Shown one piece after another: positions 1-12,197 of a stretch of DNA of 64,000 nt. The notes under the pieces are model-generated. The model worked only from the letters and a program-made list of their open reading frames with translations. It was not told the origin of the DNA and did not search any database. This DNA comes from Lingula anatina (lineage: Eukaryota; Animalia; Brachiopoda), in NCBI GenBank assembly GCA_051362555.1, contig CM120645.1, positions 12,028,001 to 12,092,000 on the forward strand. Direction: 5' to 3'. Position numbers and translations under genes: made by a program. The stretch's first letter is position 1. Each line of letters opens with the position of its first letter.

Positions 1-622
1 TCAAATATGGCCGACACACTTGAATACTTCCCCACGGGATATCTATTCAGTGCCTATTAGCGGATTAGACGACAAGCTTTGTAGTGGGTCATCATATTTG
101 ACCCTCGATAAGTCCACTATTCTGAGTGGGGCCAATGAACACAATAGGTGATAGCTCACATCCCCGTTTCTGCTTTAGACACTATTATATTGCTTGACAG
201 CCTCAACCGTGAGCTGTTACGCCGATATGTCGAATCAGTTCGTGTGTATGTGGTGTAAAAACAGATGCTTTTTTTAGTTTTATCGGAAGTCGTGTTCCAG
301 TTGATCAGAACTGTACTACCGTGGCATTTAGCCGTGTATTAAAAACCACACTGAGGTAATAAGAACGATATTTAATGAACCTTTTTCCCTCTTCTTGACG
401 TGGGAATTTGAAATAACGAACTAATTATCCCAACACAGTTGTGACATTGTTGACATGCCCTACCGCGCGTCTACGCAAAAACAATTAGTGCGTCTCGATA
501 TAATTTTCCGGCAGTTAATCATCTCTGCTAAGAAGGGAGTAAGCGGAATAAAAAGATTTCGAAACGCTGTTCTGCTTCAGTTTTATGTGCTACTGCCGCA
601 TAGGGATTTCATATCAAGTAGC

Positions 623-3524
623 ATGATGACCATCTATCTCATTTTATGCACGCTGACAGCCGGTGTGTTGGTTTTTGCCCAAGAAGAAGGCCAGTTTGAA
701 GGATCCACACACCGGTCATCCAGTTCAGAGATTTGGGAACCTGTGGGATACACGGGAGAGTCATCATATAGAGATGAAAAACAGGAAACTACAAATATGG
801 CGACCGTCACCAGTGGGGGAATGCACGAGGTAGTTACACAAGACTTTTCCAATATTGAGGATGGAATACACGAAGTAGTCACACAAGAGTCACCCATTAC
901 GGAGGGAAGAATCAGCGAGGAACCCACACAAGAGTCAACAAATGCTGAGCGTAGAATCTATGAGGGTTTCACAAAAGAGTTGTCCACTATTAAGGGTAAT
1001 ATCCGTGAGGGGGTCACACAAGAGCCACTCACTACTGAAGGTGAAATACTTCAGGGAGTAACACCTTCACCACATGAAGAGGATGAAGTACGCGATGGGT
1101 TGACCAACAGCAGTGAAACTGCAGAAACAGCGAAGGGAACTTTTTCTTTCCTAGACGTATCCCTAATGCCGTATCGGTGGCTATGTACAAGAACACCAAC
1201 TCGTCAATTTGGCCTTATGATCCACTGCAACTGCGACCCTCTGTGCGTCCTGTATGATGACTGTTGCTATGGTGTGACAGAAAATACCGCGATGTGTGCT
1301 GCTTCAGTCAGATTAACAACGACGCACAATAACTCACACTTTGAAACAATCCTTGCATCCAACCTAACAGAAACTCAAAGTAACAGCACCACTCTGGCTG
1401 TTATCTCAAACACAACTCCTTTTTGGAAAGAACTGGTCGACCCTATGTTGATTTCTCTGGCACAAAGAAGCTCATGCAAATATATTCCAAAGATGCACCG
1501 ACAAATACCACAAAGCACAGTCGGATATGAGGACAGCTTAGGGTTGAAAGTTTGGATGGTGGATCAATGTCCCTCGTCGTGGTTAGAAAAAAACACTCGT
1601 ATTAAGTGCACCGATACCTCAAATACAAGCCTCTTAGAGGACGTGCTGTTGCACCAACCAGTCACCGATCCAGACACAATGATCACCTTCAAAAACAAGT
1701 ACTGCGCAGCTTGTAATGGTATCGACGGCGGTGGGGAGCCATGGGGACTGGTCGTCTATTGCACTGGAGGGGTTCAAATTGAAATGTTGATCAACTACAA
1801 CTCCTCGTCTGATGTTTTAAGACATCTGGCATATCTCGGATGCAATAGTATTTTCGAGTCGAAACCAGAGTGGAAATTGAGGACATGTTTCCGGGAAGTG
1901 GAGGATCGTGACTTTGGTCCTTGTGAGTTCAGTATTATCAATGGAGACGTACACTGGGTACCTCGCCCACTCCCCCTGCATTCTCCCTTACGTGATGCCT
2001 GCATGGCGTACAACAACCCCATTCTCATAAGCGAGGATGAAAAAAGTTTCAAGAACTACCACTGCCTGCTCTGTTACAGATTTGGTGAGAATCCCGTCTG
2101 CGAAGGTGAGTGATCTGTTTGCCTTAAATTTCGTGCAAGAAATGACAACAGTGGGTCAGAACAGTGCATTAATCCTGGCGAGTAAATTGCAATTTCCCTC
2201 GGGATAACATTTTTCTCTTTCTGGGTCTTAGAAAGCAGTTTATGTTCATATTATTTTCTTTTATAAACCAAAATATGAGACAATCGATAAAATTGCTTCA
2301 AAACCGAAATTAACCATTAAAAATAAAATATATCCTTATTTACTTATAGTCTGTATTTAGGTTTTGACATGGTGAAAGTTTTCAACAGACAAATATATTA
2401 GTTTTTGTGATTAGTATTGAATGAAATAAAATATCTTGTCATAGTTCTATATTTAGATTTCGATAAGTTGGAAGTATTCAACAGACAGACATATTAGTTT
2501 TTGCAATGAAAATTTAATGTACTGATAATATAGTCATTTCAATTCATTTTTGAATGGTATATTCAGAACGAAGTTACACAACGGAACCAGATGAAATGAA
2601 GCTGAACGGTCTTTCTTTCCGCGCCTTGTTGTACGTAGGAGATCTAGAAAGGAAAGAGAATGATGGCATCATAAATTTGGTGAGAAATCAAAAACAATAA
2701 TGATACTTCTGATAATAGAATACTTCTAATGATAAAATAGTGGAGTTAATGGTTTTCTAAAAAGTATGCATTTATGTTATGTTATGTTATATTATGTTAT
2801 GTTAACATATTTATGTAATTATAATCAGCAGTTTTTTTTTTCTTCTTATTAACATTTTTTGGCAATTTTTAAACTGGCGAAACCGTAAATAAATTAATTG
2901 CAAAACCACACAAGTTTAACCATCATACATCCACGTGCATCCTCTGGTTTCCAGCCTGAAGAGCATCATATAATGTGCCCCCCAGGATCTGCTCCTGATG
3001 CCAACGACTGCCGCCCACTTTTGTACAACTTTACGGCACTACAAAATGTAATCGTGTTACACTTTGAACCCTGTGGATGGTCCCCAACCCCAAGGGATGA
3101 CTGTAGGATTCTTAGATCGGATCATCGATTTTCCGATGTATTAAATGCAAAGAATGCCCTTTTCATAAGCTGCGAGCAGAAACATAATGCACCAACAGAG
3201 ACCAATCCAATAACATTCGCCGTTAAGTTATTGGTAACTCTCTACTTGAGACTAGCAAACTACGAAGAAGGCCGTAACGCTTTCAATAATGTACAAGCAC
3301 AGATTGAGCATGCTCTAAAATACCAACAGTTTTATATAGCCGGAGGTCCTATAGGCATACGTTCAGTATCGTTCCCTCCCTGCATGGCGAGCACCACGCA
3401 CCACAGCTGCATGCCGCCATTTTATGGTACCACGCCGATCACCGCCTCAAAGGGAAATTGGGAAAACAGCCATTTTGGTACCATTACACTTTTGATAGTT
3501 ATGGCAATAGTGGCAGTGGGCTAG
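623..3524 (+). CDS. Secreted/GPI-anchored somatomedin-B (SMB)-domain Cys-rich protein with mucin-like Thr/Glu repeats, copy 1 (~721 aa; exons 623-2105, 2567-2679, 2955-3524)
   Basis: Hydrophobic signal peptide MMTIYLILCTLTAGVLVFA. 15-aa EGVTQE..TTEG repeats. SMB-type motif CNCDPLCVLYDDCC. Cys motifs PVTD..T.ITFKNKYCAACN and FKNYHCLLC. GT/AG junctions keep the frame (phase 1, then phase 0). C-terminal hydrophobic tail TLLIVMAIVAVG*. Confidence 0.8.
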
Positions 3525-5840
3525 TAATGGAAAAGTGCAGCATTAACACTGAAAATGTTGTGCCATTTGATCGGGGAATAAATGTAAACTTAAATATGTT
3601 GTGGATGCGCAGTTACAGGCCGCAACAAACACAGAAGCAAAATCCACTTTATTTTTGTATTTACATCGTATGTCAGCCAGCTGAATGAAGAAAAACAGCA
3701 GATACAAATACTAAAAAAAAAGTAAAGCATCGTACTTAAAGCAAAATATATCACTTACCTCTGCCTCTGCTTTTGGGTGATAAGGTGAACTTTTTTGCAG
3801 TTGAAATGTGAGACTTTCATAAAACTGTGTCGTGCTTAGCTCAACATGAATAAAACAATGGACAAAAAGTAAATTCACTACAATCTGTAGGGCACAGGGA
3901 ATCAATTGTTATTGATACAGGGTTAATGTTAAAGCAGAGGACAAAGAAAGTAACATGTTTGCGTGGCTAAGCATTCAGCAAATATAAAACAGTAGGCTTG
4001 GATAGTTGGTAAAATAAAGGATGCAAAAATAAAATTTTCTTTGTGATTATATATATATATTTCAAAATTTCTCTTTAGTTTGCAAGAATTATATCCAAAC
4101 TGTCCTAGACTAAGCAGACTAAGGCAAAACAAGCATCACATATCCAACCATTTTTACCTAGAGTATCCATTTTGCGTTATAAGCAAATGATAAACCAACC
4201 GAGACGGGAAATTTGACAAAAACCATGAGTTTGGGAATGCTCTCCACACGCGGGCTGACCCCACTCCTCAAGCAAAATGTCCTGCATAAACCCTTCCAAG
4301 ATCGAGACATACGCAGTATTGCAACAACTTAACCCTACAAAGCACCGTGTAGAGTTCACAAATATAATTCCCAGACGTTAATTAATTTGATTAGAGTCGA
4401 TTGCTTGTGCACTCGACTAGTTTATGACCTTACCTGTAATTATGTAACTTAAGTGGACGTGTGCAATTTGAATAATTAAAATTAGTATGTACCGCCAAAT
4501 AATGCAGCACAGAATCCACCACTGATAAGAAATTTTGTATAAAAGACGTTCAGAATTAATATCGGGAGTTCAGACGGAAGAAGACTCGAAGGTGACCGCT
4601 CGACAGAGCCATGGAAGACGTAGAGAATGTAGTTAGAGAGCGTCAACCAATAAACCATTCAACTGGTCATTATGTGGACTTAGGTTTTCTTTGCGCGACC
4701 TCACGTAAATCTGACACGAACCGTGGATTCTTTGGATTGCGTTATCCACTAAATAAGTCTAAAACGTAATGTCCAATTTCGAGCCCACGCTTGAATTAAG
4801 TTTAGGACATTCATTTCATATGTATATGTAAAGGTACATAACAACCGGTAGCATGAGTGAGAGTGTGTAATCTGGACCAGCTCTGCTAAGTTCTTAAGGA
4901 TGACTGCATGGTACACTTTCCAACAAACTTTTTGAAGGCATGAGGCACCATGCACCTACAGGAAATAATTGCAGTACACGGCAGACACACACGAATTAGA
5001 CATGGGATCTTTAAGCTCACCCTAATGTTTATAATTTGAAAATTTGGTGACATTCGGTGATGGCTTTTTAATTTAAATGGGTATTTTGTTACATTTATGG
5101 AAATCACAGTGAAACATCAGATTAGAGGGGCTGCATCTTATAAATTTGAATAAATGGTATAACGAATGAATGTCTTCACGGCTATTTTGTATTTTCTTTA
5201 GCATTAATCAAATAAGATATGGCAACAGGACTAAACTAATAAGACAATTTACACCTTTGAGGTGTTCATTCATAAATAAAAGCCACATGGAATTGGAGGT
5301 GGTAAAACGATATTTGGCCAATGCCTTATGCCTTTCTCCTTCAAGAATACTCGAATATTTTTTTTCTGCTGCAAAATGCAATATTTCTTTATAGACAGTG
5401 TCCATAGATTTGATTTATTAAAAAAGAAAACAAGTACTGCAGCAGATTAATACAATGCAGTGAGCATTGTGCACTTCAAGTTTTTTGCTATATATGCCAA
5501 CGCTATACAGAACGCACAGTCAAGAGAGACCATTAATGATAAAACTTATTTAACAAATTACCGTTGCAGCCATTCAAAAGCAAATTCAATGATTGGGCAT
5601 ATTTAAGTATTTATTAAATGTCTTTACTCATTTAATTACTTATCATGATTACTGGACTTGATTAGTAAGTTGAGAAATTTCAACATTGAAAGAAAAGGAC
5701 AAAAGCGACAATTGGCAACGCACCCCAAATGTTAATTCCATTGTAAAAGTTTAACAGTAATTGCTTTTCGGTTACGGAATGTTTATCTCAGCTTTGTATC
5801 CTTGCTGTCAAAGACAACGATGTGTGACCTTCATTGTCCT

Positions 5841-8522
5841 TCAAGGTTGACAGTTGGCTCCAGAGTTTATCATACTTGGTAAATCCGGGGAATCCAAAAA
5901 GGAGGCTCCAGTCTCCTTGATCAGCATAATGGCGCCATTTTTATTCTCGTCTGCTAGTAATTTCACAATATTCTCTGCAACAGTGGAAACTCTAAAAAAT
6001 AATGGAGGTGCTGTGAAAAAAAAAAAAACACTTGACGAGTTGTTATCCAATGAAAAAAGTCAAAATAGTTTAGCCCGTGTTTATATACATCTCCTTACAC
6101 CGTCACCTATACCATACATGCATTTACAATGTGTATTACCTAATCATGTCATCCACATTTTTGGCAATAAACTTGGACAGTTCATCCATGTGATAAACCC
6201 CTCTCTCTTCGAGGCTTTCCTTGGTTTCCAGTCCACGAACAAGTGGGGTGTCAGTAAAATCTGGGCACACGGCATTAAAGCGAACACCGTGATTCGCTAT
6301 GTCTGGTGCCATGCTATGCTGAAAGATATATGTTCCACCAAATATAGTGATCGAACGCACCAAGATTAATTACTCCTTAACGATTAATATTATTTTCTTT
6401 CTTGATAACTGCCTGTGTTATTTTGAAGTTGCATCCTTTGCCTTTTTTTAATCCCTTACCTTCCAATGCCTCCCCATGATACTTTTAAACACCCGGTTTA
6501 TAATGACCAATGATGCAGTAATTCGGTAGTATCGACAAATACTTTTCACTCTTTTCATCTTTACAACCGTTCTTGCACTTGTCGATGCCTTGTCAGGGTG
6601 AGTGTTGGTCACCGTGACTGAATTGGCGTCTACTCAAGTTCTAATGTTAAAGAGAAGAGAAAATTAACCTACCGCAATGGAACGGGTGTACCCGACGACT
6701 CCATGTTTTGTAGCAGCGTAAGCAGGAAAGTAATGGTATGGCTTAAGACCTGAAAAGAATACAATTCAAAATCAATTGATTTTATGGACAAGAGTCTGCC
6801 ATTCTTGATTGAAAGTTGTGCATCATGTACAAAAATGCATTGCAAATAAAACTGATCCTGCGGCCGACAACTGAAGAAGAGGAGGCTTTTCTCCGACAGT
6901 CAATAATACCGAAGAGGCGCTCATTCGGGGTCTCAGCATTTAACAAATTTTCTACTAATTTTTGTTGTGGGTTTAGACGTAAAGTTACGTAGGGAGTCGC
7001 TATATTTGTTTACAATAGCAAAGCTGAAAAATGTTCGATTGCGCATGAGTAAGGGTTACTGCAATTGTGTTTAATAGCTGCAAAAAATTGCCTCTTCAGG
7101 ATATTGTAACTCTTTATCATCATCCATATACCGAAAATGAAGTTTTTCCTGCATCTAATTATTCAATAATGCATCTATCGTTGTGCTGATTTAAAACAAT
7201 AAAACTCCTCGAAAATATACAGTCTCGGCGTTAATTGCAGTGAAAGAACACAGGCAACTCGAACTTTAATCAAAGCTATAAACAAAGTTGTATTTTAACA
7301 CCGTTGTATTTTGTGGTAAACTAGCAATCGGTATGGGGCATAACTTCATCCCTGAACAAGATTTTATCACGAAAATTGGCAGATTTGACCACGAGTGTAA
7401 AGGCTACAATCCCGTACTGCCGTCGGTTTTCGTACCTGCCATAGAAGCCACATTCAAGACAACACCACCGTTTCCTCCGCGGTCTTTGCGCAGATATTCC
7501 ATTCCCATCAGAGTGCCGCTTATAACTGCGGTCTGGAATAACAGATTAATCGATTTTACGTTAAAATTTATTCTCCAATTGGCAAATTTTAAAACAAACC
7601 CCATACACTTTTTATGTGTCAGAATGAGATAAGTGTAGTTCATTTATAATGTGCTCGGGTTGCATTTAAGTGTACGTCTTGATTTTATATATCTAAAATC
7701 GTACCACGTTTACGCTAATACACAACTTGTAGTCTTTTTCATTCACAATCCCAGCGTTGTTCATAATGATATCCAAGCGCCCAAACTTTGCTTTTGTCTT
7801 CTTGAGAGCATCTGGAAGTTTAGAATAATGTACACGAAGGTGAGGAAAAGTATAATGTGTATAGTAAATAAAGTTTTTCTTTCGTAATGTAACATCTAAA
7901 ATGCCCCCTCTACTGCCATCCTTCCCCCATTGTAAAAGTTATACAGGCCATTGCAGAAATGAAGGAATGAATGAAGGAGGAAAGAATTTCGGATATTGAC
8001 ATCTTAGATAAAGCCATCTGACTTGTTTCCAAAGTGCCCTAAATAATAAAATAATCCGATAAAAATAGGAGTTTATCGTTATGGAAAATGGTTCACTTAT
8101 TAAAAATGTACCTTCAATTTCTTCGTCTTTTGTGACGTCACACTTGATAAAAATGACGTTTGATTCGCCGTATTGCGTCATCAGCTTGTTTAGAGCTTCT
8201 GCCCCTAATTTTGTGTCAATGTCTGAGAGTGCCACCTACAAAATTTTTAAGATCGTAAGATGGTAAAGACACTTAATAGAGGGGGAGCTATTAATGATAT
8301 CTTAATGGAGTTAGAGAATACGTCAGAGAGGTACTGTACAAAAATTTCCATGGGCAACACTTCTATGGGCAACACTGTGTCCATCAATCATATGGATAAA
8401 GGTAGCCCGTGCTTGTTACTCCTAAATACCTTTGAACCATGCTTCAGCAGCAAGTCCGCAGTTGCTAGGCCAATGCCAGATGCTGATCCAGTTATAAAGG
8501 CCACTTTGTCTTTTAAATCCAT
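5841..8522 (-). CDS. HPGD: 15-hydroxyprostaglandin dehydrogenase-like SDR, paralogue 1 (275 aa; exons 8522-8430, 8235-8112, 7811-7705, 7532-7436, 6749-6673, 6318-6140, 5991-5841)
   Basis: TGSASGIG NAD-binding motif, CDVT, NNAG, GGNGGVVLNVAS, catalytic YAATK, CPDFTDT. Exon sizes 93/124/107/97/77 match the vertebrate HPGD layout as I recall it. All introns are GT-AG and the frame is intact. Confidence 0.88.
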
Positions 8523-8830
8523 ACTTGAGCTTCACAAGGAAACTGAATTGCCCTTTATGTAAAATGTCCTGAAAAAATATGTATTTAAAGGTTGAAGTTT
8601 AAAAATCATTGTTCCTTATTCTTATTTGTTTCGAGGCATTTCTGCAAAGCTTCGATTTTGAACAAAATCACTTTGATTCTAAAGTTAAAAACCATGATCT
8701 TTGCGTTTTATAAGAAGATTCAATTTACTTTAAATCGCAAAATGGAAGGAAAATCAATTGCGTTTCGGATTCGTTTGTTGAATTAAAGGTTTGCGTTCCC
8801 GTTACTGGGAAACATTTTTTCACATGTAAG

Positions 8831-10236
8831 TAGGGGAGAGCGGGGTGGGTTGGAACGCGGGTAAGTTGGAACATTGGCTTTAGTTCTTAAATCACAAGAC
8901 CGATCATGTGCTCCTTCAGCATAAAAATGTCACGTGGCATGGTCATTCATCCGGTAAACTTGTGGAAGTTTCGAAAATGCAGTAAAAGTTTTATGCGAAA
9001 AAAACTTATTTTCGCTACTCGAAGTAAGTTTTCATATTTTTGACATTCATCGTGCTGTAAACTAAAGTATAAGGATTATATCACTGAAATTGTGCATAGC
9101 GTTTAGGACCACCTTGATGTTCAAAAGGCTGTTGTTTTTTTTAATCACTTCCCACGTGTTAAAGAAATACAGTGTTCAAAATAGGCCATGACGTCATGGG
9201 GGCTGGTCGGAACATTTGACATGGGGCCAGTTGGAACACTGTCAGGGGTGTTCCAACCCACCCCGCACGTTGTTTTTCATTTTTTAAATTAAACCTCTCT
9301 AAATGTTTTAATTTCAACTTTGAAGAGAGTAGTAACGTAGTAACCCAGTACAACTCCAACTGGAGACGGAATCTAGCTGATAGAACTCCGAGATTCCGGA
9401 ATGTACATGCGTGTAGAAGGTACAAGGGGGGATGGTCACTGCTTGTTAAATGCAGTTGCTAGCTGTTTGGTCGAAAGGGGTCTGCATGCCCACTGTTGCT
9501 TTTTGCGATAAATTGCTTTTAGATGTGGAAGGAAATGTTGATTATTACTCTGCTTTTCGCGGCAAAATGAAAATATTCTAGCTGAGAGCCCATGTTATGG
9601 ATAAACTATACAACACCAATTCTGCCGATATTGTTTTAAATGCTTTGTGAAATGGATTGGGGGTTGCTGTTAATGTTAAGTGAACGAGGGTACAAAATCC
9701 GCCAGAAAAGACAAACATTCACCTCGTAACTTAGACAAAGATTCAGTTGAAATCTCAGTTGCCCTCACCGGAAGAGGTGCTACAGCACACTAAAGCTCAC
9801 TTAAGAAAACCCCCAAACAGCTCAAGTCCAGCAATAATTAGACCGGTTCCAAAGGCTCACCGTCGCATTCCAAAGATTAAAAGAAGAAAACGATGCAGTG
9901 CAGTACTAACTGACACACCTGACAATGAGCTACTCGAAAAAGAAAAGGCCAAGCCCAACAAAATTAAAAAGGACAAGCGCAACAAAAATAAAAAACAGTT
10001 AAAGATTTCTAGTCGATAGAGAAAATCAAGAAAAGGGAAATTAAAGATGACCAGCGATTCTGAGTCAGAAGAAGAGTGGCCATGTCTGGTTTGTGGGGAG
10101 CCGTTCATTAACAGCCGACCAAAAGAGAATTGGTTAAATGCATTGTTTGTCTAAAGTGGTCACATGAAGACTGTACAAAGGTTGACCAAGTGTACATATG
10201 TCAGAACTGCGATTTTGATTCTGAGTTGTTGAATTG
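8831..10236 (+). mobile_element. Degenerate pogo/Tigger-like (DDE-1) DNA transposon remnant with C-terminal PHD finger
   Basis: Left end TAGGGGAGAGCGGGGTGGGTTGGAAC, with an inverted subterminal copy GTTCCAACCCACCCCGC at ~9250. 9747-10236 encodes RRKRCSAVLTDTP...CLVCGEPF..SRPKENW/VKCIVCLKWSHEDC...YICQNC (one stop, one frameshift), the typical basic tail plus PHD of DDE-1 transposases. Confidence 0.6.
9330..9730 (+). pseudogene. Frameshifted OTU-like cysteine protease (deubiquitinase) fragment
   Basis: The frame from 9401 reads MYMRVEGTRGDGHCLLNAVASCL (OTU GDGxC motif). After frameshifts it continues NVDYYSAF...KLYNTNSADIVLNAL*NGLGVAVNV. The catalytic His motif is not seen. Confidence 0.6.
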
Positions 10237-10549
10237 AAAGAGATACAGTTTTCATTTGTAGGTCTAACATACTGTTGTTAATAGGTACTAAAAAAATTAA
10301 CATCCAGTAACGCGATTTACGTCTTGTCAGAAAGCAAGCAGAGTGCGTATCAGTGGGATATTTTGTATGGCTTACTGAACCCCACGAGAAGCTAGCAAAT
10401 ATTTTAAGATCCATTTACGTATTTAGTACAGAAAATTACATTTATCAAGCTAGAATATGTACAAATAAAGGGTGATGAAAAAAATAAAAATTGCTTTAAT
10501 CCTACAACAGTCCATCAACGGTCAAGAGATTTGCTGCCAAAGTTTCAGT

Positions 10550-10765
10550 TATCTTGACAAAAAATTATGGGAAAAATTGGGAAAAATTAGTATTGATGGC
10601 TGACGGAAGGTCATATTTGGTGATTTCAAATATGCCCTTGGATTTGATCTTTATTTCAAGGTCAAACGGGCCAAAATTTTCTAAAAAATGGGGATTTTTG
10701 GCAAAAAAAAATTATTTATTACTCAAACTGGTGGTACAATATCTGGAGGCGGTATCGCCTATCTG
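10550..10765 (+). mobile_element. Truncated, diverged relative of the HINE family at 47.2-49.4 kb and 56.0-58.9 kb
   Basis: GATTTCAAATATGCCCTTGGATTTGA...CAAGGTCAAACGGGCCAAAATTTTC matches ~56330-56395. CTGGTGGTACAATATCTGGAGGCGGTATCGCCT matches the 3' subTIR plus hairpin at 58814-58846. Confidence 0.7.
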
Positions 10766-10774
10766 TTCCTGGAG

Positions 10775-11040
10775 TTTGAGGGTCGTTCTGGTACAAATTA
10801 GCTTTGAGTTCCTCCACCGGATAAAAATTTGGGGTCAAGCCTGGTGAATGCGATGCCCACTCAGCGTCACACTTTCTGCTCATCAGCCACCCTGACATTG
10901 CTCTCTCTCAGTCTGGCTAGGGGGTAATTTTATGTGTCTTGCTGGAACCACTGTCCATCTTGATCTATCCTTATGAATCATCCCAGTGATGTCCAAAACA
11001 TCCTTAGCACTGCCAAAAAGCGTTTTTAGAAGAGACTGAT
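10775..11040 (-). mobile_element. Tc1/mariner transposase C-terminal fragment (pseudogenised)
   Basis: The minus strand reads AVLRMFWTSLG*FIRIDQDGQWFQQD ... RKCDAEWASHSPGLTP ... ELKANLYQNDPQT, matching the WFQQD and EWP.SPDL.P / LK..VY.N.P.T motifs. Confidence 0.65.
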
Positions 11041-12197
11041 CAGCAGGAAGTGTGATGTTATGGAGGGGGGGGGTCTCCATGTATATGGGACAAACGTGTT
11101 CCAGTAAAAAACTTTTTGTATTTTTGTACATTTTTACCCATCATGAGGGTATGATATCCGGTTTGTGTCCTCCCGCATCGATATAGCTATCCATTCCCTT
11201 TTTGTTCGACTACAACTTCCCATTTTAATGTTCAACCCATTATATTTATTAATTTTTTAATTTATTTATTTATCTGTTTGTGTGTTTGTTTGTTTTATTA
11301 ACGCCCCATCTCTCTTTTACATTTGACAGTATAAGAATAAAAAACAGAGGCATTCTACATCTCATTCTACCTCAGTAAGACAATTTACACAAAGGACTAC
11401 AATTGAAAGATACAACATCTAAAATGAATACCTAGACCTTTAGAACAAATATTTCATGACAGACATTGCTAGCATAAAAGCACAGTTATGTAGCCAGATG
11501 TTCACAATCCCAAGGAAGCTGTTTTTTTTTAGAAGTAAACAAGACCCGTCCATAAGACTGAAAATTATTATTTATAAAACGACAAAAAATAATATGATAC
11601 AACGTTTAAAAAATTGGTGGACGATAAATACAACATCAAATTAAATTGTGACGCATACATCCCCCGTACCAATGGGAAAAATGGTCGAAAGAGAAAACGA
11701 TGGCCACAAGATGTGTGAGCTCGCAACCCCGCCAACGTAATGTTTCTGCTTTAGACATTAAGTTACGATTTGACAACCGCAATCGTGTGCTGATAATCCG
11801 ATATGTCAAAACAGTTCGTGTGTTTGTGATGTAAAAGCAGATGCTTTTTTGCATTTTATCGGGAATCGTGTTCCAGTTGATCGGAACCGTACTCTTGTGG
11901 TATTTAGTCGTGTATTAAAACCACACTGGGGTTATAATAATGATATTCAAAAAACCGTTCTCCCTCTTTTTGACATGGAAATTTGAAATAACGAACTTTT
12001 TATCGCAACACAGTTGGGACATCATTGACACGCCCTGTCGTGCGTCTACACAAAACCGTTAATGCGTCTCGATATACGGCAGTTGATCATCTCTGCTAGC
12101 AAGGGAGTAAGCGGAATAAAAAGGTTTGCGAACTCTGCTCTCGAGTCTGCTTCAGTTTTACGTGCAACTGCCGCACAAAGATTTCATGTTAAGTAGC

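Noticed and set aside
455-622. Upstream ATG extension of the 552-aa ORF (and 12126-12185 in copy 2)
   Set aside because: It runs through a likely intron ending CTTCAG at 580 and is not conserved in frame between copies. The signal peptide starts at 623.
5854-6369. 171-aa plus-strand ORF and similar ORFs opposite HPGD and DCAF1 exons
   Set aside because: These are antisense shadows of real minus-strand exons, with no recognisable motifs.
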